Assembly (NCBI GenBank): GCA_015065225.1
Contig: SVQR01000001.1
Span: 1-60,746 of the forward strand
Source: Oscillospiraceae bacterium
GTDB taxonomy: Bacteria > Bacillota > Clostridia > Oscillospirales > CAG-382
Direction: 5' to 3'
Length of the DNA stretch: 60,746 bases
Positions 18,002 through 27,420 of the stretch are shown piece after piece. The position numbers and the translations under genes were made by a program. The notes under the pieces were generated by a model. It was not told the DNA's origin. It was given only the letters and a program-made list of their open reading frames with translations, and made no database searches. How positions within the stretch are numbered: the first letter of the stretch is position 1; each line of letters starts with the position of its first letter.

Positions 18002-21000
18002 TTATTCCACACCGTTTACAGCCGCTGTCTTGAGGTCATAAGCTTTAGCGGATGCAAGATTCGGGAATATGCCCCATGCCGCAACGTCAAAGTTGGGATT
18101 ACCCTGAAGTACGCCGTCCTTGAAGTAAGCATCGCCCCTCTTGGATGCACCGCCGAATACAACGTGGATCTGTGAGCAGGTAGCAGAGCCTTCCTTAAAG
18201 CCTCTTACTTCTACATATACTTCTTCCCATTCGTTGTTGCCGACCGTTGCGTTGACAGCCGTTCCTTCGCCGCCGTTTCCTATCTTTGTGCCGTCAGCCG
18301 CCAATACGTTGTAGCTGTAGATAACCGGCTTTACCTTTTCCGTTGTTCTCATAAGGATCTTTACCACAATTTTTCCGCTTGATACGTCAAATTTGGGAAG
18401 ACCGTAGCAGTCAAGGTTGAGAAGTGCACTCTCATTTACAAGATTTATGTGAGCATATGTCATGCCTGTTGCGGAGTCTACTTCGGAAGTAACCGTGTAT
18501 GACTTTCTTGTGTCCGCATAAAGCTTCTTGTCCTTCATTGTACGAACTACAAGTGCGGGAAGCACTTCTTCTTCTGCTGCTTCCTCTTCAAGTCTGTTGT
18601 CAAAATCGAAGTAGGATGAAAATCTTGTCTTGTCCGCTTCCTCTGTCGGGAATTTCTTTGAGGGAACGAAATCAAACTTGTTCTTGGGCATCGGATCTAC
18701 ATAATAGAACTGTCCGTGCTCATCACCGAGAACCGTTACCATAGCAGTACGTGCCGAAATATCTGCCTTGCCTGCCTCGGCACCGTAGGTGTAGAAGTTG
18801 TTATTCAGTCCCTGGATAAATGTGTTGCCGTCATAATCGGGACGGCAGTTGTCCCAGGGGGTAGTTGTCTGACAAAGCTCGTAGGTGGATCTGTCAAAAA
18901 TGTTGTTTATAATTCTGTAGTTTGTAAAGGGGTTCGTCGTAGATGCACCGCCGGAACGGATATGCTCCGCTGCACTTCTGTGAGCACGGTTGAGCCATCC
19001 GCCGAAGCCGAAGCCGGCACGTCTGCAAAGATTGTTTTCGTAAAGTATATTATCGCCATATCTTTCAAGTCCGTCAGCAATTCCGAGGAAGTACTCGATG
19101 GAGTAGATACAGTCTGTAATGAGATTGTTTGAATATGTGACATTCTTCATTACGCAGTTTCCGCCGCTTCTGGAGGAATACTGATGTGTAACACCAGCAT
19201 CGTAGCACTGCCAGAGATAGCAGTTGTCTATAAGATAACCGTCACAGCCACCGTATATTTCGACACCGTTGCCAAGGCGGGTGGGAGAGCCGTCGTTATT
19301 GCCGTTTGCGTTGTAGGACTGAATTGAACCGCCTATCCATCCGAATTCACAGTTTGTAACCGTAAGATTCTTTGTAGTACCGGAGGATATACCGTGAACG
19401 CCTGCGTGCATTACGCAGATATTGTCGATCGTAACATCGCTTCCACCGATACCTATGCCGCTTACTTTTACGTTGAACTCAATGGAATCAAATACCTTAC
19501 CGGGGTTACCGTTGTCGCATCTGAGATATACGGGACCTGTTGCCGCACTTGCGTTTATAACAGGACCGGACACGGCATTGTTTGCATAATGGAAGAATTC
19601 AAGATCGTTCTTCAGCTCTGCAATGTAGTCGAAATCCTTGTTCTTATCGTCCTTGTAAACGTATCTTTTGCCTACAGAGTATGCCATTACCTTTGAGGTG
19701 TAGTATTCTCTGTCACCGTCACGGATGATCATTGTACCTACATCCTTCATGTCGGTCTTTTTGTACTGCCATACCTTCTTGCCGCTTTCGTCCTCATAAA
19801 CGAGAAGCCACTTTTCGGGATCCGCACCGTTTTCGGGTGAGCCGTAGATGGTAGGCTTCTTGCCCTCACCGTAAGCGGTGTAGGTGATGCCTCCCTTGGC
19901 TGTCATGGGCTCACGCCAGAGATCGCCTCGCTTGAGAAGCACAACATCACCGCTGAGTGCGATTGTATTTGCCTTTGCGAGAGTTTTGACAGGCGTAGCT
20001 TCCGTAAGTCCGTCATTGTCATTGTTGCCTGTGCTTTGTGATACATATACTTTTTTACCCTTGATTGCGGAGAGATCCATGTTGGGAGTATTTCTTATCT
20101 CTTCAATGCGCTTGGCTTCAAGAGCATCAAGCTCCGCTACCTTTGCGTTGCCCGCGGGGATATTGTAATATTCGGTTATATCAAACTTTTCGCCCAGAAG
20201 CACAAGGGGATCCTTTGTGGGATAGAGCCACTTGCCGTCAAGCTCAACATGAGGAACCGTCGCTTCCGCAATGTTTGCGAATGCCCAGTGAGTCCTGTCC
20301 GTATCAAGGAACAGAAGGATGATGTCGCTGTTGATGTCGTCAATAGTCTTTTCTCTGCCGCGAGCTCTGTTGATAACGGTTACAACTTCGGCTCTTGTTA
20401 TTGTGTTGTCGGGTTTAAAGCTGAATGTGCCGTTACCGTTGTCATATCCGTTGATAAGACCTGCCTTTGCCGCCGCCATGATGGAAGCGTACTTGGGATG
20501 ATCCTGTGCAACGTCGGTAAAGGAAGCGTTTATGCCTTTATCCTCGGCAAGGTTTGTGAGATATACAAGCTCCGCAAATTCGGCTCTTGTTATAGCCTTA
20601 TTCGGCTCAAAATTGCCGCTGTAGGACTTGAGAAGTCCCTTGCCTTCACAGAAGCCGATATACTTTGCAAACCACTGATCCGCGGGAACGTCAGCAAAGG
20701 AAGCTGTGCCGGAAATAGCATCTTCCTTTTCGAGAAGTCTTGCAATAACCGTACAAGCCTCGGCTCTTGTCATAGTGCCCGCAGGTCTGAATGTACCGTC
20801 TTCATAACCGTTCATATAAGAGGTATGCTCGGTAGTCTCGGGAAGCTCCTTGAAGAACATTACACGGCTGATGTACATAACGTCTGTTTCTGCAAGCTGT
20901 ACCAGCGGATATTCACCGAGGATCCTGACGTGCATCTGCTTTAAGGGATGTGCCGAAAGATCGGGGTTGAGCTTTATGTTTGAGAAATCAAAGTAAGCAA

Positions 21001-22210
21001 CTGTCCACTCATTTGCCTTGATAGGCTCCATGGCATTTGCTTCCGCAGAGCCTGCGAGCACCTTGCCCTGATTCATGATGGCAAGATTCATTCTTGTGTC
21101 AATGGTCTTGTCTGTTTCAAAGAAGTATTCAACAGCGAAATACTTGTATACCGCAAGGTCAACGCCCGCACTTCCGTAGCTCCAGCCGTCAATGGTTATC
21201 CTCTTGGATTTGTCGCAGGCAGGATTGGGAGTTATCTTGACCGCAGGCTTGCCGTCCTTTGAAGCACTGTTGTCCACCTCGGCAGAGCCGGTACTGTTTA
21301 CAACGCCCTGAGCGTACTTTGTAAAGTCGATAGAGATAAAATCCGGAGCAGAGCCTGTCTCGTCCCATTCGGCAAAGAACATTGCGTCGTTTGCCGGGAC
21401 TTCTATCTCCTGTCCCGCTTTGTAAATATCATTTGTGGAGCGCATTCTCCAGCCCTCGAACACACCGTTGGGATTCTCAAATTCACATTCGGGGAGGACT
21501 ATCTTTTCGCCCGCTCTCTTCTTTATGTCAGCCATCTCGCCGGTAGCACCGGGAGAGTTCTTGTCAAAGCTGATTGTTGTCAGAGCATTGGGATCGGGAT
21601 TATTCTCATAGAAGGTTATTTTTTCAATATACAGAACATCCTTGTCGGAAAGGTTGTTTGCCTGAGTATCGTGGAAAGGACGGATGTGCATCTGTGCAAG
21701 GTAAGGCTTTTCCGCATTCTGAGGTTCCTGCGCACCTATTACAAATACAGCTTCTGCCCACTGCTTTGTAACAATGTTATCCTTTGAGAGGAAGGACATA
21801 TCCTTGAGAGCCTTACTTGAGCCGGGGAGAGTTCTGAACAGCATCTTTCCTTCGTAGGAAGGCTTATCCGTGTCGTAGTAATATGAGATTACAACATACT
21901 TGTACTTTGGTACTTCCACCTTATGTGCATAATTTGCGATGGTGTAGCCGTCAAGATTGATCTTATTTGTTCCGCCCTCTGTGGGGTTGGGAACAATTTT
22001 GAGAGCATTTCTTCCCTGAAACTCCACATTCTTTGTGAGAGTCGCACTGGGGACATTATTGACCGTACCGCATGAAACTTGCGAATAGTCAAAAGAGAGA
22101 TACCCGTCTCCGAGTTCGGGCTGATACTTTGCTTCCTGTGCGCCTGTGCAGAATGTAAAGGCGGAGAACGCAAGCAAAGCTGTCAGAATTGCCGTAAGTA
22201 ATCTTTTCAT
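18002..22210 (-). CDS. Large secreted cell-surface protein: repeated CBM-like modules, three internal SLH repeats, right-handed beta-helix (pectate-lyase-fold) domain
   Basis: 1402 aa with the signal peptide MKRLLTAILTALLAFSAFTFCTGAQE. SLH repeats lie at about aa 463-617 (..GTFRPAGTMTRAEACTVIARLL, FADVPADQWF..ITRAEFAELVY, FTDV..ITRAEVVTVINRA). The region aa ~900-1100 has beta-helix-like repeats rich in N/G/I. Confidence 0.85.
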   Translation of the reverse strand: MKRLLTAILTALLAFSAFTFCTGAQEAKYQPELGDGYLSFDYSQVSCGTVNNVPSATLTKNVEFQGRNALKIVPNPTEGGTNKINLDGYTIANYAHKVEVPKYKYVVISYYYDTDKPSYEGKMLFRTLPGSSKALKDMSFLSKDNIVTKQWAEAVFVIGAQEPQNAEKPYLAQMHIRPFHDTQANNLSDKDVLYIEKITFYENNPDPNALTTISFDKNSPGATGEMADIKKRAGEKIVLPECEFENPNGVFEGWRMRSTNDIYKAGQEIEVPANDAMFFAEWDETGSAPDFISIDFTKYAQGVVNSTGSAEVDNSASKDGKPAVKITPNPACDKSKRITIDGWSYGSAGVDLAVYKYFAVEYFFETDKTIDTRMNLAIMNQGKVLAGSAEANAMEPIKANEWTVAYFDFSNIKLNPDLSAHPLKQMHVRILGEYPLVQLAETDVMYISRVMFFKELPETTEHTSYMNGYEDGTFRPAGTMTRAEACTVIARLLEKEDAISGTASFADVPADQWFAKYIGFCEGKGLLKSYSGNFEPNKAITRAEFAELVYLTNLAEDKGINASFTDVAQDHPKYASIMAAAKAGLINGYDNGNGTFSFKPDNTITRAEVVTVINRARGREKTIDDINSDIILLFLDTDRTHWAFANIAEATVPHVELDGKWLYPTKDPLVLLGEKFDITEYYNIPAGNAKVAELDALEAKRIEEIRNTPNMDLSAIKGKKVYVSQSTGNNDNDGLTEATPVKTLAKANTIALSGDVVLLKRGDLWREPMTAKGGITYTAYGEGKKPTIYGSPENGADPEKWLLVYEDESGKKVWQYKKTDMKDVGTMIIRDGDREYYTSKVMAYSVGKRYVYKDDKNKDFDYIAELKNDLEFFHYANNAVSGPVINASAATGPVYLRCDNGNPGKVFDSIEFNVKVSGIGIGGSDVTIDNICVMHAGVHGISSGTTKNLTVTNCEFGWIGGSIQSYNANGNNDGSPTRLGNGVEIYGGCDGYLIDNCYLWQCYDAGVTHQYSSRSGGNCVMKNVTYSNNLITDCIYSIEYFLGIADGLERYGDNILYENNLCRRAGFGFGGWLNRAHRSAAEHIRSGGASTTNPFTNYRIINNIFDRSTYELCQTTTPWDNCRPDYDGNTFIQGLNNNFYTYGAEAGKADISARTAMVTVLGDEHGQFYYVDPMPKNKFDFVPSKKFPTEEADKTRFSSYFDFDNRLEEEAAEEEVLPALVVRTMKDKKLYADTRKSYTVTSEVDSATGMTYAHINLVNESALLNLDCYGLPKFDVSSGKIVVKILMRTTEKVKPVIYSYNVLAADGTKIGNGGEGTAVNATVGNNEWEEVYVEVRGFKEGSATCSQIHVVFGGASKRGDAYFKDGVLQGNPNFDVAAWGIFPNLASAKAYDLKTAAVNGVE

Positions 22211-22415
22211 TTTCCAAATTTCCTTTCAAGAGTTTTTGTTTTTGGTGGAAAATTGTCCAAAATCATGTTTAAATTATATATTATTATTGTGGAAATGTCA
22301 ATACCGGGAAATGATGTTTTTGAACTTTATGTTCGTAATTCTTCTAATTCTTTTGAGGGGCGAGAAGTCACTGCAAATTTCAAACACTCATACAAACATA
22401 AATCGGAAAGTCCTC

Positions 22416-22444
22416 TTGATTTTACACGACATATATGCTATCAT
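22416..22444 (+). promoter_or_regulatory. Candidate sigma-A promoter for 22478-24580
   Basis: TTGATT, a 17-nt spacer, then TATCAT, 34 nt upstream of the ATG. Confidence 0.4.
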
Positions 22445-22477
22445 ATAAACATCTCCAACAACAGAAGAGGTAGTATC

Positions 22478-24580
22478 ATGAACGCAAATCGTATATTCGG
22501 AGAATATGACAGAAAAAAACTATGTACCGCAATAAAGGTGCTTCGATATTCCGGTTTTTCCGGCACAACACTTGCAAAGTGGATATATCAGGTGGCGTTT
22601 TCACGCACCTTTACTTTTTCCGGCACATATAGGGATATACTTGAAAATGTATTTCTCCACGGTGACGGTGGAACAGAGGAAAGCGTCATAGGTGCAGGCG
22701 AAGAAGCAAAGGATATTACTGCCGACCTTATAAAGATGACCGTTCCGACTCTTTTCGGCGGCAAGGCAGTGCCGACATCAAAGGATGAGATGTTTGGAGA
22801 AAAAAGGACGGAAAAGGTTGAACTGTCAGAGCTTTTTGACGGCGATATGGTACTTTTACATAAGGATATATCCGACAGTGACAGCGCACAAATGTACATC
22901 TTCGGTGAAGGATTACTCTGGAGATTCGCGGATTTCGGACTTGAGATTGCAGATACCGATGACGTTATTGCAAAGCTTTGCGAAAATGACAGATTTATCG
23001 TGCTTCGTCCTTCCATCGTGCTTGATGATGTATATCCGACAAAGCCGTTCATGGGTGAGCTTTCCGACAAACAGCTTGCCGTTATCGCAACTGCGGAAAG
23101 CTATCTTCGCAGAGGTGAAATGCTCCAGTATGAGGATACCCGCTTCGGAAGCTATCGTGACGGTGACGGTGCGGAGTTCCGCTGGCAGTACGGGGTAAAC
23201 TCTCCCGAAGACTGTACAGAGAACACATGGCACTACTCCAATTGTGCGGCCTTCTGTCACGATACCTACAGATTCGGTCTCGGTTACGATATCGTTCATT
23301 GGTGTACAGATACGATGATAGCTGCCGAAGGACAGCCCTTCCGGTATGAGCTTACAGGGAAGGAAACTGATGAAGAAAAAGCAAAGATAGCAAAGATGTT
23401 TGAAGCTGCACTTGAGCCGGGCGATATAATAGTCATAAAGAGATACAAAAACAACAGCGGTCACGCCATGCTTTACTGTGGAGGTAATACGATCATACAT
23501 TCAACCGGAAGCGTATACAACCTTGCCGAAGCCAAAGAGACCTATGAGCCTACCGTAAGATATATGCCGCTTGAATATATAACCACGATAAATGACGGAA
23601 CAACATCCCTTTTCGGCGGCAAGGTAAGGGCGATAGGCATACTTCGTCCGCTTGATTCATTTTGTGGTGAAGCTCCGAAAAACTCCCTTGCACGTGCAAA
23701 AAATATGTACGGAGTTGTGGCACAGAAGCTCTGCTCATGCACATTCGGTTCTTCGGTAAATGCGGGAGATAAGATAACATATACCTTTTCCGTATATAAT
23801 ACGAATAACGACGTCATAACTGTGGATATCTCAGACAGAATCCACGAAAATACGACACTTGAATCATCCGAGCTTGATGTTGACGGAATTACCCTTTCAA
23901 AGAAGGTGATGGTACAGCCGCTTGAAAAAATCACGGTTTCATATACAGTGTGTGTAAATGATAATGTCGCAGATGATACTGTAATAAAAGGTGACGGAGC
24001 GACTGTCGGTGGAGTTATCCACAACTGCCACGGTGTTCGTATAAAGAGGACACTTACGGATAACGAGCAAGGAAAGCTCCTTCGTATTCTCTGTGACATT
24101 CCCGACAACTGCTACAAAGGTATTGCACTTGCTTCATATATATATAAAGAAGCCTTCGTTAAAGATAATATTTTCGGTATCGGCAGTGATCCGATATATA
24201 CCGACATAATATCCGAACTGTTCGACATAACACACCTTGCTTCCGATCCGGACGGAATGTATTATTCACTCAAAGAAAATGGCAGCAGTACTCTTTCAAA
24301 AATGGTCGTACCGTCACTTTTCGGCGGCAGACGCTACTATACAAAAACAAAATTCGACTACAGACGAACAAGACTTGCAAGCTCCGCAGATCTTGTTGTC
24401 GGCGATATCCTTCTTACCATCGGCAAGGATGTGATAAAAGTCTTTGTTTATAACGGCAGAGCACTTCTTGACCTTTCGGAAAACCTTGCGGAGCATCCGA
24501 CAGACCTTACCTTTGAGAGACTTCTTGCATGGGACGGAGTATATGTAGTGCTTCGACCTTCGGCTGAGATCTTTAAATAA
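22478..24580 (+). CDS. Cytoplasmic papain-like (NlpC/P60-type Cys/His) protein with a duplicated flanking module and an Ig-like repeat
   Basis: I chose the ATG at 22478 (AGAAGAGG RBS); there is no signal peptide. The central part has ..WHYSNCAAFCHD.. and ..GDIIVIKRYKNNSGHAMLYCGGNTIIHSTG.. as a candidate Cys and His pair. The N- and C-terminal ~190-aa modules are clearly homologous to each other. Confidence 0.65.
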   Translation: MNANRIFGEYDRKKLCTAIKVLRYSGFSGTTLAKWIYQVAFSRTFTFSGTYRDILENVFLHGDGGTEESVIGAGEEAKDITADLIKMTVPTLFGGKAVPTSKDEMFGEKRTEKVELSELFDGDMVLLHKDISDSDSAQMYIFGEGLLWRFADFGLEIADTDDVIAKLCENDRFIVLRPSIVLDDVYPTKPFMGELSDKQLAVIATAESYLRRGEMLQYEDTRFGSYRDGDGAEFRWQYGVNSPEDCTENTWHYSNCAAFCHDTYRFGLGYDIVHWCTDTMIAAEGQPFRYELTGKETDEEKAKIAKMFEAALEPGDIIVIKRYKNNSGHAMLYCGGNTIIHSTGSVYNLAEAKETYEPTVRYMPLEYITTINDGTTSLFGGKVRAIGILRPLDSFCGEAPKNSLARAKNMYGVVAQKLCSCTFGSSVNAGDKITYTFSVYNTNNDVITVDISDRIHENTTLESSELDVDGITLSKKVMVQPLEKITVSYTVCVNDNVADDTVIKGDGATVGGVIHNCHGVRIKRTLTDNEQGKLLRILCDIPDNCYKGIALASYIYKEAFVKDNIFGIGSDPIYTDIISELFDITHLASDPDGMYYSLKENGSSTLSKMVVPSLFGGRRYYTKTKFDYRRTRLASSADLVVGDILLTIGKDVIKVFVYNGRALLDLSENLAEHPTDLTFERLLAWDGVYVVLRPSAEIFK

Positions 24581-24697
24581 CCGGACTGTTTATTCTGCAC
24601 AAAAATCAATATCAATATTTGTCACAACGACGAGTGATATTTTCCCGCAAGGATCGTTCTCATAAGTGAAAGCAAAAAAGCGAAAGGAGATCAACCA

Positions 24698-27361
24698 ATG
24701 AAAAAAACATTATCGGCAATACTTGCATCAATTCTTATCCTGTCATCCCTTATATTTTGTGCCTCGGCACAGGAAACGGGATTGTTTACCATCTATGAGG
24801 GCGAAGATTACACCATCGTTGCAACAATGCGCTACGCGATCGTGCATCCGAGAGGCGGATCGTCATGGCAGTATTACAATTATGGCGTTACGGACAAAAA
24901 CGGCGAATACATCGTTCAGCCGATATACAATAAGATAAATGAGCAACATGACGGCAGAGCACTCTATCACATGGGCAGCTCCGGCAACGGCTATTACGGC
25001 TACTTCGACGAAAACTGGAATGTCATGGAAAAAATGAAATATGACAGTGCACGCAACTTCTCGGAAGGTGTTGCAGTGGTCGGCGCAAACATCGGTGCTC
25101 CCAGCCCTATCGCCATGACAACACGTTACGGCTGTGTGGATAAGTTCGGAAGAAATGTCGTTCCAATTGAGTATCATCATATAGAAGATGCCAAGGACGG
25201 TAAGATAGAGGTTCAGCTTTATGAGCAGACATACCCGATCACCAATCACAGCACAAAAATAGGCTACTACTCCACAGACGGTACTCTTCTTGAAGCTCCC
25301 GTGTTCCGTCATGATAAAAATGAATATGAGACTATAACAAACGCAGGTAATGTAAGATTCGGAGATACCCTTGTGGATAACTATTCTCTGAAATACCCGA
25401 TCGTCAGCGTATACAGCTATACGGGCGGTCCGTTCCTGCCGCTGACATACGAAAACTGCAAGATGCTGGGTATAGGTATCAGCGGAAATCATCTTGAAGG
25501 AATAAAGCTTTGGCGTGAAAAGCAGGATCCTTGTACAGATGGCATCGGACAGTCCGTAATGCCCGCTGACGGCAAGGCTGTAATGCAGAAATACGGCGGT
25601 GCGATAATAGTTGACGGCGTAAGCTATACCAATGACGACGCTCCTGTTCCCATGCTGTATTACAAAGATGTAGTATATCTTCCACTTTATTGGGTGACAC
25701 TTACACAGAAGCTCGGTCTCGGTTATTCTTATGATCGCGGTACAGGTATAAATATAAAGACCGAGAATCAGACGGAAACAACTCCCGAAGCACTTCTTCC
25801 GACATTTAAAGTAACCCTCAACGGCACAAAGGTTGACAGCAGTCACAGACAGTACCCTCTTATCGTATATAAGGATATAACCTATTTCCCCATGACATAC
25901 TTTGATTGCCGTTTCCTCGGACTTACAACAAAATGGGACAACGAAACAAGGACACTTTCCATAGACAAGGAAAATATCGCCTGTGCATACAGAGATTATA
26001 AACAGGAAAATGCAAACGAAACAAAGTTCTCCCCGACAGTATGTGATTTCAATATAATCGTAAACGGCAGAAAGATAAACAATGAAGCCGAGGAATATCC
26101 GCTTCTGACATTCCGTGATGTCACATATTTCCCTCTTACATGGCGTTTTGCCGTTGACGAATTCGGCTGGAATTACTCCTTCAATGCGGTACACGGACTT
26201 ATCATAGATTCCAATAACGATAAGACGACGGTTTTGGATCTTCCGTACATCACGCAGGGAGATGTTGCGCTTGATGATGAGTATTACTATTACAACGCCG
26301 AAAAGGACGGAAAGCTTTACGTTTACAGAGCCTCTGTTGACGATACCTCAAAGGCACAAGCGATATATGAGCTTCCCGAATCTCCCATGACGCGTTCGGT
26401 AACCTTCTCAATGGGCAGTGACGGAATATATTTCAGCCATCCTCAAGGCTCTGTTCCCACAACCGGCACCACTGCCTTTAAGAAGATACTTCCCAACGGA
26501 ACGGTTACAGACGGAAGAAATGAAAGTGACTATGCCTACGGAAAGCACGGCTCATATGAGCTGTCAAAGTCCAATGAAGGTGTTACCGTAAATATAACGG
26601 CATACGGCGTTGAAAATATAATAAACAGCATAAAGGTAACCGCCAACGGCAAGGAGCAGGTCATCACGGGATATCCGGACTCTCTTTCCATAACTTACTG
26701 TATGGTTGACGGCAAGAGGAACGAAAGAATAGGCGCGCTCAGCCGTGTGCAGATACTTGGTGACAAGATATACATTTCCGCATACGATTTCAACGAAAAA
26801 GGCGATAACAACCACCTTTATGAAATTGATGTAACCACAGGCAACTTCCGAAAGCTGATATCCGACATAGAAGGCGGCTTCCACGTTTACCACGCCCCCG
26901 AATATGCGGCAACCGACATAATAATATTCGGCAAAGACGGAAAGACCATGCGCTATAAGACAAGTGACGGAACAATTTCCGAGATAGACACATCGGCAGC
27001 AACCGGAGGCCTGATACTTGAAAAGGCGTACGGTACGGAGAATGTTTTCACTGTCTGGAAGTCCCTCGGCGGTAACAAAACAGTAGTGCAAAGACTTGCG
27101 AACCACGCAATGCACTCTTTTAACGACACGGTATTTGAAACAACCACAGGAACAACATGGAAGGTCTCGGATGACAAACTTGTGGTATATACCGTAGGAG
27201 AATCATCAAATGACAATGTAAGAATGGTGGTAGGTCCGTGGGCAAACGGTCATTCTTACTTCTGCACCTCTGATACAATAACAAATGTGTATGTTAACGG
27301 AAATACTATAATTTACAGAACAGCAGACGGTATTGTCGCAAGGGTAGACAGCAGAGATTGA
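24698..27361 (+). CDS. Secreted protein with WG-type repeats, two copper-amine-oxidase-N-like (stalk) repeats and a C-terminal beta-propeller-like region
   Basis: 887 aa with the signal peptide MKKTLSAILASILILSSLIFCASAQE. It has repeats such as VTLNGTKVDSSHRQYPLIVYKDITYFPMTYF and IIVNGRKINNEAEEYPLLTFRDVTYFPLTW. Confidence 0.75.
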   Translation: MKKTLSAILASILILSSLIFCASAQETGLFTIYEGEDYTIVATMRYAIVHPRGGSSWQYYNYGVTDKNGEYIVQPIYNKINEQHDGRALYHMGSSGNGYYGYFDENWNVMEKMKYDSARNFSEGVAVVGANIGAPSPIAMTTRYGCVDKFGRNVVPIEYHHIEDAKDGKIEVQLYEQTYPITNHSTKIGYYSTDGTLLEAPVFRHDKNEYETITNAGNVRFGDTLVDNYSLKYPIVSVYSYTGGPFLPLTYENCKMLGIGISGNHLEGIKLWREKQDPCTDGIGQSVMPADGKAVMQKYGGAIIVDGVSYTNDDAPVPMLYYKDVVYLPLYWVTLTQKLGLGYSYDRGTGINIKTENQTETTPEALLPTFKVTLNGTKVDSSHRQYPLIVYKDITYFPMTYFDCRFLGLTTKWDNETRTLSIDKENIACAYRDYKQENANETKFSPTVCDFNIIVNGRKINNEAEEYPLLTFRDVTYFPLTWRFAVDEFGWNYSFNAVHGLIIDSNNDKTTVLDLPYITQGDVALDDEYYYYNAEKDGKLYVYRASVDDTSKAQAIYELPESPMTRSVTFSMGSDGIYFSHPQGSVPTTGTTAFKKILPNGTVTDGRNESDYAYGKHGSYELSKSNEGVTVNITAYGVENIINSIKVTANGKEQVITGYPDSLSITYCMVDGKRNERIGALSRVQILGDKIYISAYDFNEKGDNNHLYEIDVTTGNFRKLISDIEGGFHVYHAPEYAATDIIIFGKDGKTMRYKTSDGTISEIDTSAATGGLILEKAYGTENVFTVWKSLGGNKTVVQRLANHAMHSFNDTVFETTTGTTWKVSDDKLVVYTVGESSNDNVRMVVGPWANGHSYFCTSDTITNVYVNGNTIIYRTADGIVARVDSRD

Positions 27362-27377
27362 ATAAGCAATAAAAACA

Positions 27378-27403
27378 GGAGAGCTTCGGAAATGAGGCTC
27401 TCC
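27378..27403. terminator. Hairpin between convergent genes (weak bidirectional terminator)
   Basis: GGAGAGC (27378-27384) pairs with GCTCTCC (27397-27403). The flanks are only modestly A/T-rich. Confidence 0.4.
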
Positions 27404-27420
27404 ATTAAATCTTTATTCAG

